Shown in pieces: positions 53,651 to 64,000 of a stretch of 64,000 nucleotides of DNA (position 1 is its first letter; the number at the start of each line of letters is the position of its first letter). A model generated the notes under the pieces. The model made no database searches and was not told the DNA's origin. It worked only from the letters and a program-made list of their open reading frames with translations. Origin of the DNA: Octopus sinensis. Lineage: Eukaryota. Made by a program: the position numbers and the translations under genes. The stretch lies in contig NC_042999.1 of assembly GCF_006345805.1 (NCBI RefSeq), positions 39,308,001-39,372,000 on the forward strand. The letters run 5' to 3'.

Positions 53651-54324
53651 AGCGTATGTGAGTGTGTAAATGTGAGTGTGTTTTAGTATGCCCATGCAAA
53701 TATAGAAACAATCGTAGACATCTACATAAATTAAACAATGACGTATAAATTATAACCAGCTTCAAGTATAAGATTTGTAACACAAATATTTTATGACATA
53801 TCGTAAGGAGTAATAAACAATTTCTTAGGTTGTGAGATTGATACAAATATATTAAAATTAACACACCTAACATATTCAGATTCATGATTGGCAGCTTGTT
53901 GTGAAAATATTTCTGAACTTTGAGTGCATTAAACTATAATGATTACAATAGCTTGCAAGCTTTATGATTATATCAAAAAATCTTAATATACCAACGAATG
54001 CTGATTATTCTCATAAAATATATATATTGGCACCCGTGAGTCGGCAAGAGTACTTTCATACGTATCACGACATGATGAATGGAATCAGAAAATCGTAATA
54101 TCACCTTCTAAAGATGGAACGATATCGGATTTACGACGATATCTCACGACGTATCTTCCTGAAGAGATATATGCGCGTGTTTCTGTAGTCATATGTTACT
54201 ATATACATATTTATATATAGAATTCAATAGATATGTGGAATTATCTTTCTCTCTCTCTCTTTCTCTCTTTCACTCTCTCCCTCATTCTCTCTCTCTCTCT
54301 CTCTTCTATATATATACATACATA

Positions 54325-54395
<71 letters not shown>

Positions 54396-54400
<5 letters not shown>

Positions 54401-55114
54401 AAATCAAATTGCGATAAAATAAAAAATAATTATAATCGCTGGTATTACTAACACAAGCCATATATTTTTCATATATCAGTACATTAAGGCGAAATATGTG
54501 CTAGGATACAGAAGCTTGATAAATTAAGTGAAATGAAGATAAAAACATTTACTAAACCGGAAAATTCTCAGACTGCAGTTTCTTTCTATTTAGCAAACAA
54601 GATAATTTATTTGCCCAGGGAGAATTCATCAGTGAGACCCTGTTTTTCTGGGATCCTAACTCACTAGAAGCATGTGCGTCTAATGAGTTACTCTTCCTAA
54701 CTAATCATATCACTGCGCAGACTCCGAACGTCCCGACAACACTAGGGAATTCTGGTATATCGCCTGGCGCTCATAATTTATCGAGAAATATGTAAACAAA
54801 TCAAATTGCGATAAAATAAAAAAATAATTATAATCGCTGGTAGCACATATTTCGCCTTAATGTACTGATATATGAAAAATATATGGCTTGTGTTAGTAAT
54901 ACCAGCGATTATAATTATTTTTTTATTTTATCGCAATTTGATTTGTTTACATATTTCTCGATAAATTATGAGCGCCAGGCGATATACCAGAATTCCCTAG
55001 TGTTGTCGGGACGTTCGGAGTCTGCGCAGTGATATGATTAGTTAGGAAGAGTAACTCATTAGACGCACATGCTTCTAGTGAGTTAGGATCCCAGAAAAAC
55101 AGGGTCTCACTGAT
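54396..55114. mobile_element. Hammerhead-bearing 397-nt unit inserted as a palindrome in (TA)n
   Basis: 215-bp inverted arms 54628-54842 and 54900-55114; 54841-54950 is the reverse complement of 54396-54503; direct period 397; (TA)n on both flanks. Confidence 0.9.
54566..54637 (-). ncRNA. Type I hammerhead ribozyme, canonical core
   Basis: Minus strand TCTCA-CTGATGA-[stem II TTCT/AGAA plus GCAAATA/TGTTTGC]-GAAA-CTGCAGTC|TGAGA; palindromic ACTGCAGT stem III. The 10.1-11.1 position is an A-A mismatch. Confidence 0.8.
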
Positions 55115-56500
55115 ATATATATATATATATATGTATATATTTTTTATATATATCGGTACATACAAATGTAAATACATACGTACATGCATACACGCACAAA
55201 AACACACATACATATAAATATATGTGTATATCTATACCTATAGAAAATATTTTACTCATTAGAATGAAATGGACAGTGGTGATTCATTAGTGAATGAAAT
55301 CAATCTGAGCATATTCAAGAATGATGAAGACCGGTATTTTGGGGTGGGCATTTAATATGTGGAAACGCCAAGGAACCGTATGTGTGTATGCGTGTATGTT
55401 TGTATGTATGCATGTATGCATGTATACTTCTACACATATATGATTCTAAATCTGCTTAAAATAAAACATATTAAGAATATATGAAAATAAAAATAAATTT
55501 TAACGATAAATTCTCAGAGAACCTATTTAAACGGAAATAGATAAAAGTTATGCAATGTGATAGCAAAGTAGAAAATAAATTGCATCAACCAAGATCGGAA
55601 ATTAAAACGTCCCTTTCTGTGAAATACGACTGCAGAAATTACATTAAAATATGCATCTGAAATATCATTTCCCTTGAATGTAGAGTTCAATAAATTAATT
55701 TCCAAGCGTGAGAAATATAAGTTATTCACAATATTAATTTTCTCTATCAAAATCATTCATTATTTGGAAGTTGAAACACTCCCCAGGGAATATTTGTTGG
55801 AACTTTCGTAAATAGAAGATACGATTTTATATCAATATTTATTTAGTAATGAAATTTCAAGTTAGTTATTTTGAATATTCATTTCAACAAATAAGAGAAT
55901 CTTCCACAACAAAAAAATAATCATGGCTCTATACACACACGCACACGCATCCACACACACCCACACACGCGCACATATACGAATAGAGACACAAACACAA
56001 ACACAAAGACACAGACACTCACACGCAAAAACAAACACATATACTAACGCAGGCGATCACATCTATATCACAGAGTACATGTTAGCAGGTTGAAACTTGA
56101 AGAACGCACCTAGGTAGTAGTGCATGTAGCAGGTACTCTGGTAAACGTATTAAATTAATTCTTCTGCCTGGTGGTACACGGAATTTATACATGTGTTATT
56201 TGCCATAGAAACAAATGTTACTATATATTTTCATATATATATATATATAATGTGGCTCTGTGGAAAGAAGATTGCTTCCCAACCACACTGCTCCTTCGGC
56301 TAAAACATCGGGTCGACCAAAGCCTTTTGAGTGGATTTGGTATGTATGTATGTATGTATTGCAGAGACGCAATAAGGAGGATCATAAATATATATTTACA
56401 TGCCTAAAACATAGTCTCGCAGCAAACTGCTTATCAGGTATCTGACTGTGCATATTAAAACACATACATACAAACGTGCATATATACATATGTATATATA

Positions 56501-56577
<77 letters not shown>

Positions 56578-56604
56578 ATATAGATGTATATATATATATA
56601 TGTA

Positions 56605-56637
<33 letters not shown>

Positions 56638-56698
56638 GCATACACATGCATATATATTTATACATATACACATGCATCTCTCTCTTTGTATATATATG

Positions 56699-56729
<31 letters not shown>

Positions 56730-56760
56730 CTGTGTCTGTGTGTGTGTGTGTGTGTGTAAA

Positions 56761-56891
56761 CGTGGTGGCCCAAAAGTAAGTTTATCACGGAGGCATTTTA
56801 AATATCTTTTAAAATATGTTCTTACATTTAGATTTCTATCTAGACAAATGAAATAGTTGAATAAGGGTAAACCTGCTTTTGGGCCACCCTG
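56761..56891. mobile_element. Tc1/mariner-type MITE (about 130 bp)
   Basis: TIRs CGTGGTGGCCCAAAAGTAAGTTTAT and reverse complement CAGGGTGGCCCAAAAGCAGGTTTAC; TA on the right flank. Confidence 0.7.
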
Positions 56892-56905
56892 TATATATAT
56901 ATACA

Positions 56906-58117
56906 TAAGGTCGTCAAGTATGAAATTTGCAGGAAAGTATATGCTAAATATTGACAGCTACATATTTTGTGCCATTATTATATTTTGACAATATTTATTC
57001 TTTATTAGAAAGCTGACACATCTCTTTATTTATTATACCACATATTTCGCATTATAAAGTAATTATAAATCGTTTTTTGCTATTAAGGGATGGATAAGTT
57101 GGAAATTCGTACACTTTTGAAATGAGTTCTTTCTTGGAAATACAGCATCAGAGACACAGGAAATATTAACTGAGTATTTCATTCTAATGTTATAACACAG
57201 CAAACAGTATGAAATTGGTTTTCAAAATTTCTTTCTGGTAACTTTCACCTCACAAATGAGCAACGCGGCCGACCCGAAACAAAAGCGGATCGTGACGAAG
57301 TGACAGCGTATGTCTAATCACATCCATCTCAAAGTGCCCGTGAATTATCGTTGTTTTTTTGTATTATCAAGTAAACAAGATTGACACGCCTAATCCAAAT
57401 CGGTAATGTGAACGATTTTGATAAGTGTGTTCCACATGAACAATGCATCATGCTACTTTCTCGTCACAAATATGATTCGTTTTTGAATCGAATTGTAACA
57501 TATGATGAGAAATGGATCCAATACCACAACCGTAAATGTTCAGCACAATAGTTCGACAAAGACGATCCACCAAAACACAGTCCAAAAGGCAAAATTCATT
57601 AACAGAAGGTGATGGTGTGGCACGGGCGTGATACATTATGATTTCAGTAAACCTGGCTCATCAATCACGTCCGTAGTATAACCAGCCAAATGGACCAAAT
57701 GATGCAGAAACTTGCGGAAAAACAGCCTAGTTTAGTCAACAGTTCCACTTCTATTTCATTGGAAGACAACGCCAAACCATACCTTGCAAAAATGATATTG
57801 CTGAAACTGTAAGATGTGGAGGTGAAAGTTTCCATAATTCCACCATACTCACCTGATCTTGCCCCATCTTTCATCAGAATTTAGATAATATTTCGATAGG
57901 AAACAAATTTAATTCCGACGATGCTGTCAAAGGGGCCTTCCAAGATTTTAATGACTCTAAATTGCCAGAATTTTATAGTTTCGGATTGGATAAGCTATCG
58001 CCGAAATAGTAAAATTGTATTGACAATATTGGTGATGAATAAGGGCAATTCCTAGTATTTATAAAACATTAGAAACTTTCATTTCCTTTTCTACAGAGTT
58101 GATACTTGACGACCTAG
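56906..58117 (+). pseudogene. Mariner element with both TIRs, decayed transposase
   Basis: TIR core AGGTCGTCAAGTAT at both ends; FLNRIVTYDEKWIQYHN, EDNAKPY and PPYSPDLAP remnants. Confidence 0.85.
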
Positions 58118-58393
58118 TCTCTTTTTCTCGCTCTCTCTCTCTCTCTCTCTGTGTCTTCTCCTCCTCCTTAATTCCTTGTTCCTCTCTTTCTCTCTCTTCT
58201 CCCCCTCCTTAATTCCTCTGTCACTCTTTTCCTCTCTCTTCTCTTCACACGTGACCGACTGTCTGACTACTGGCCTTTTGGGTTTGGCTTTGGTCGTGGT
58301 AACATCAACATTTTTTCTCTGCCCCAAGGCACATCGCTAACACGCCGGCTGAGTTCAATTTGTCTAAGTCGAAAGACGCCTGTTGTGATGTCC

Positions 58394-58442
<49 letters not shown>

Positions 58443-58466
58443 GTTGTTGTTGTTGTTGTTGTTGCT

Positions 58467-59004
58467 TCGTGTAGAGTTCGACAAGGACGCCCTGCAAACC
58501 CCGGTGGAACAAAATATCCTCCTACCTGTTGAGGAACTAGCGGAGTAGGTTGGATTTACTCATTGAACCATTCATCAACAGCTGCATGCCATTATAAAAC
58601 TTAGTAAATTGGGTCAATGGGTTCGTCACAAACTTTCCGAATCAAGATAATGCTAAGCCACATACAGCGAAGATGTCATTCCAAATGCTGGAGCAGTTTA
58701 AATGGGAAACGATGCCCGGCTACCATATTTACCTGATATAGCCCCATCAGATTATCATTTATTCCGCAGTCTTCAAAGAAATATGAATTCTTTAGACGAG
58801 TTCAGAAAAGTACTGCATATTTATTTTTCATCACGGATAATTGAATTTTGCAAGTGGAGTCTTGCAACCTTACACGATAAAAGGAAGAGCCTTGGAGTAA
58901 ATGATGGAGAGTTTATGTCTAGATAAAAAAGAAATTTAATTATCTTAATTTTGAAAAATATAAGAATGATAAAAACAGCGCATTATTTATGGGCTGACCC
59001 AATA
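58467..59004 (+). pseudogene. Internally deleted mariner 3' relic (same TIR type as 9976)
   Basis: VEFDKDALQTPVEQN..VEELAE, GQWVRHKLSES joined to QDNAKPHTA, PDIAPSDYHLFRSLQ; 3' TIR CATTATTTATGGGCTGACCCAATA. Confidence 0.85.
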
Positions 59005-59166
59005 TTTAATTATCAAAGGGAGAAAACTGTGTGCATCTAAATGATATTTTCTGCCGATAATATAGCATATACACATATGGACTTATGTATAAATATGCAT
59101 ATCTATGACTTTTTTTATGTATAGGTATACACAAATATATATGTGATATGTGCGGGCGTCTGTATG

Positions 59167-59237
<71 letters not shown>

Positions 59238-60039
59238 TGATATGTCTTTCAGTCATTACCCAACCATACTGGGACATCGCCTTGCGAATCCATTGAGCCT
59301 CGTTCTTCTCCACTCCGTCTTGCTGTCAAAACGAAACTTTAAGTGAAATTTAAGGTGTTTGATAGTATTGGTTGGGAAAAGCCGATAAGCACATATCCAT
59401 ATACGACGGGCATCTTTCAGTTTCTCATCTTCAAGCCCGGTCACACATCTTTGGTCTAATGTTGTTTTAGAGAACACCAACCGTCCCCGCAACACAGTTG
59501 AACTGAACCAGGAACCACGTGGTTAAGAATGAAGCTTCTTACCACATAGCCGTGCATGAATCCATGTAAATAGATTTCAGTCAAAACGTCAAGAAAGAAT
59601 AAATCAGGTTAGTGAATACATATCTTTAATATACAACTGAACCGGTAAATTTTTCAGTTATCTAGGACCTATGTTTCTACACTTTCATCTCGGATTCTAC
59701 CCTGCTATTATTCGACCTTTTTTCTTATTTTGAATGCATTTTAAACATGATACAATGCTAATATCATCTATTTCAATGTTCACAGAGTACATGGTAACAT
59801 TCCGACTAATTGATACTCTGTGTAGCAAAGTCTTAAGTTTGTCAACTAATTTATAATGTGCAGTAACTTTACATTACGTGTTGAGAATAGTTCATCTGTG
59901 CTTATTGAAATATAAGCATGTGCGTATATATGAACACAAAACTTATGACATGGAAATATATAAAATAGCAGTATATGGCGCAAATATAAAATCCTCACAC
60001 ACCAAACATCGAAATTACGATTCATTTAGTCACGGATTT

Positions 60040-60081
<42 letters not shown>

Positions 60082-61035
60082 TCACAAATGCATTTACATT
60101 TATATGGACTGGGGTTAGAGTAGCATCTAGAACGTTGGGCAAGATGGGCGAATCATAATAACCGCAAAGATGGACCAAAAGACAAGCCTCGTGCCAGGAG
60201 AGAAGCCAATTTTGCAATAGTAGAGTTCATGACTGGACTAATTGTGTTAGTATATTCATGTTTCAACCGGTTGTACATTTTTACAGTCACACATATGGAC
60301 CCTCCCCTAACACACATCCATACAAACATACACGCACAACACACAGTGGCACACACGCACAAGTACGGTGACACATATATGCATATCAACATGTTTAGAA
60401 CCGTACCCCTACAAGCAGATGCACGTATGCATATTTATGAATAAATGAAGCGTGCTTGGTGGTATGTACAATTAACTTGAAAGTAATATATTAATGATTC
60501 TATAATTCTCAATTTAGACATTCAATATCACAATGATATGGATTTACTTAATCAGATATCTTGAGTGTAATGAAATATTTCTAAAGAATCTTTATTTCTC
60601 AACTTAAAGATGAAAATTTAAGTAATTTAAACAGTCTATGCAAATTTCTGTACAAAATATGCACACTTCCATCTCTGTTTTCAGACAGTCATTGAAAAAA
60701 ACATTTTGAAGTTAAGAGAAATATGCTAATATCCTCAAGCCCACAATTTCTCTGACCAGCAGACTATATTTTTATATTCAATATGGAAAGGGAAAAGTAG
60801 TCACAAAACATATATTGTACGATCGATGAGGAATTTAATGTAGATGCCAATCAAACTGTCTCCATTATTAATAAAAATTTCAGGAGAAATCGTCCATAAA
60901 AATCTATATACAAAACGCTTAATTGGATCCCACAAATATATTTTTATGGATTGTATGGATTCATATAGAAAGCTATGCTATGTATCTGCGTAAATCATTT
61001 TCTTCTAAACAGATACTCATTGTGGAATAATAATA

Positions 61036-61104
<69 letters not shown>

Positions 61105-61259
61105 GAATAAGAAGAAGAAGAAGAAGAAGAATGATAATAAGAATAATGCTGCTGCTGCTGATGATGATGATGACGATGTTGATGAACTCATCGGTCGAAG
61201 ACGAATATGTGTGTTCAGCTTTTTCCGAATGACCTGCATAAATGATTTGTTTCTAGTGA

Positions 61260-61472
61260 TAAAATGCACACACTGCACATTACCTCAGCCACCGAACCAA
61301 AATCAACGTTCCCTGTGCAGATGTACGGTGTAAGATGTGGCCAGGTTCGATGTGATTGGAGAGCAAAGCGAGATAATGTGCTTTACTCAAGAACACGACA
61401 TACCATCCGGTCAAGGAATGAAAGCCACAGTCTCGTGACCGTGGGTGCAATGACCTAACCACTAGGCCATGA
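61260..61472 (-). mobile_element. Degenerate tRNA-derived SINE
   Basis: CATGGCCTAGTGGTTAGG head and GTGTTCTTGAGTAAAGCAC body. Confidence 0.55.
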
Positions 61473-61505
61473 ATGCTAATAATAATAATAATAATAATAA
61501 TAATA

Positions 61506-64000
61506 AGATGTAAGAAGGAAAATACAGAGCTCCGAAATCTATCCACAAACATCGAAAACAAGGACACCCTATGGAGCCAAAGATTTACTAACAAAGAATT
61601 GGACTATATCCGAGTAAGTAATACGAATTGAAATTTATTACTATTTTCGAAACGAAATGATGTATTTTGACTCGATATTATGTCCACCTCTAACACAACA
61701 CATGTAAACATGCGTGGAACAACACGATCATCCCCGACCTCAAACACCATGTACAAAGGAACTACGAAGAAATTAAATGCCACCGATACTATTCAACCCA
61801 AGAATAACAATCGAGCGGTACGTACATTAAACCTACAACAAAAAAATGTACGAAAAACTACACGTGCGAAATAATGTGACAACAGAAATAAACGGACCGG
61901 TACCCTACGAAAATGACGACCGTCAAAATAATGGGCCGGACGTTGTACCTCATGTCCCGCAATTAAAACCCAAAAGACGTAAATGGACACGTGAGGAATA
62001 CATTTCTATCTTACACGCATACTTCACAGCAATGCTCTACCCACAAAATGAAAATACAACAACACATACATATAAAATATGGAAGGAAAATAATAGAGAT
62101 ATAGACTTGGATACAGCAATGAACCCTAATAAATTAGCTAACGTACGAAGATACATTCTCAATGCCAAAAAAATATCAGAAATAGAAATAGAACATTTAA
62201 AAGAAAAAATACACCAGGAAAATGTAGATAGAAGCCACACAACAATGCCCAATAATATAAACACTGAAACTGTAAAACACGAAGACAAACGCAACATTCC
62301 CAACAAACACGATGTAAACAACGAAGGGGAGCCTAATGATTATGATAATATAAAAAATAAAATAATCAAAGAACTAAAAACCACAGAGCTCAAAATGGAC
62401 CACCGGCCATACCTCCCAAGAATAAAAATAAACGCAATAACAACACCAATTATAAACAACATAAACATAGCCGTCACTGAACTAGCCACTGAAACAAAAA
62501 AAAGTGATATCACTGAACTAAATGACTTGATATGCGCAGCAGCCACTGCAGCCACAAAAGAAGCTGGATACTCACCCAAACCCGCCCAAACAGGAGTACC
62601 ACCACCCAAACAAACCCTGTGGATAAATAACATCCAAAATAAAATTAAAAAAATTAGAAAAGACCTGTCGATTCTTAATGAAATCAGCAAACAAGCAACG
62701 CTACTGAGCAACAAAAAGAGAACAAACATGCTCCGCAAATATAACATCACAGAAAAAGATTTGCCGGAGATAAAAGAAAAGCTGAAGCAAGATATCCTTG
62801 CCAAAGCTCAAAGGATCCGCCGGTACGAGAAACGCCAACGCTTCTTTGAACAGAACAAAAAGTTCAACTCCGACCCCAAAAAGTTCTACCAAGAACTGGG
62901 CAAAAATAAAATAGAAGTCACTGCAGCACCAACGGCAGAAGAATTGTAAGAATTCTGGAAAGAAATATGGTCGGCGAACGAACAGCCAAAAAAAAGGAGT
63001 ATGAAAATAACAAACTCGGCATCTGAACAACTTTGGACCCCCATAACAACTGAAGAGGTCACCCAGGCACTGCAAAAACTAAGCAACTGGAAGGCACCTG
63101 GGCATGACAAGATCCCCAACGTCTGGTTGAAATATCTAACAGGAATGCACAAAAAGCTGGCTGAAAACTTTAACAGCATACTAGCAGAGCCAGAGACAAT
63201 GCCTGAATGGCTCACGAAGGGGAAAACCATCTTAATTCCCAAATCAAATGAAACAACAAAACCAGAAAACTACAGACCAATAACCTGCCTCCCTACTATG
63301 TTCAAGGCATTTACTGCAGTGATATCGCAAAGGCTGAACAAGCACCTGGACGAAAACAAACTGTTCCCAGAAGAGCAGAAAGGATGCCGCAAAGGCTCAT
63401 ATGGCTGTAAAGATCAACTAATGATTAATAAAGCCATAACTGAAGACAGCCACAGAAAGAAGAAAGGCCTCAGTATGGCCTGGATTGACTACAAAAAGGC
63501 GTTTGATAGCATCCCCCACACATGGATCCTCGAAACACTAGCCATTAACAAAGTAGCACCAACAATCATAAAATTCATAGAGCACTCTATGAATAAATGG
63601 CAAACAGCCCTACACCTCCAAACAAAAGAGGGACTCATGAAAACCAAAGACATCCCCATTAGAAGAGGAATATTCCAGGGAGACACGCTCTCTCCACTCC
63701 TTTTCTGCTATCTGATATGCTAAATAGAACTGGATGCCGATATAAATGTTACGGCAAAACGATCAGCCACCTTTTATATATGGATGACCTAAAACTATAC
63801 GCTGCAAATGACAAACAGCTGGAAACACTATTAAAGACAGTTCATGGATTTACCAAAGAAATAGATATGACATTTGGATTAGAAAAATGCGCCAAAGTAA
63901 CCATGAAAAGAGGAAAACTAGTTAAGAGTAACAACATCACACTAGATAAAACCAATGAAATAAAAGAATTAGACCAAAGCCAAACTTACAAATACTTAGG
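61506..64000 (+). mobile_element. R4/Dong-type non-LTR retrotransposon, runs off window
   Basis: Preceded by (TAA)n. ORF 61846-62949 (KRRKWTREEY) continues in frame past one TAA into RT 63001-63723 (KAPGHD, NYRPITCL, WIDYKKAFD, GIFQGDTLSP). After a frameshift near 63707 come HLLYMDDLKL and TYKYLG. Confidence 0.92.

Noticed and set aside
9976-59004. One mariner split by a 48-kb insertion (5' half at 10 kb, 3' half at 58.6 kb, both near QDNA).
   Set aside because: The 58.5-kb copy has its own upstream transposase sequence duplicating the 10-kb copy, so they are independent relics.
1-64000. Many ORF-track entries rich in YI/IY, poly-I/N/L/F/E or HT/CV; also CRISPR interpretation of the tandem repeats.
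   Set aside because: These are translations of microsatellites; there is no repeat-spacer structure and the context is eukaryotic.

Overview
AT-rich, microsatellite-dense eukaryotic DNA. A cephalopod/Octopus-like origin is my inference from the SINE types and repeat make-up. I cannot support any intact host gene. The window is mostly transposon debris: tRNA-derived SINEs, mariner and hAT DNA-transposon relics, CR1 fragments, L1/Tx1-clade LINEs (one young 5'-truncated copy with an open RT to zinc-finger frame), five R4/Dong-type LINE pieces mostly tied to (TAA)n, and four Penelope-like (PLE) fragments. The most striking signal is two unrelated non-coding units (360 nt at 23.6-24.6 kb, 397 nt at 54.4-55.1 kb). 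Each carries a type I hammerhead ribozyme with a palindromic stem III. Each is inserted in (TA)n as tandem-plus-inverted copies that diverge from a 2-nt microhomology junction. This resembles retrozyme or solo PLE-terminal-repeat mobilisation, possibly from a circular RNA primed from both target strands. One ribozyme has the compensatory U3-A8 core. Coordinates were read by eye; those of degenerate elements are approximate.
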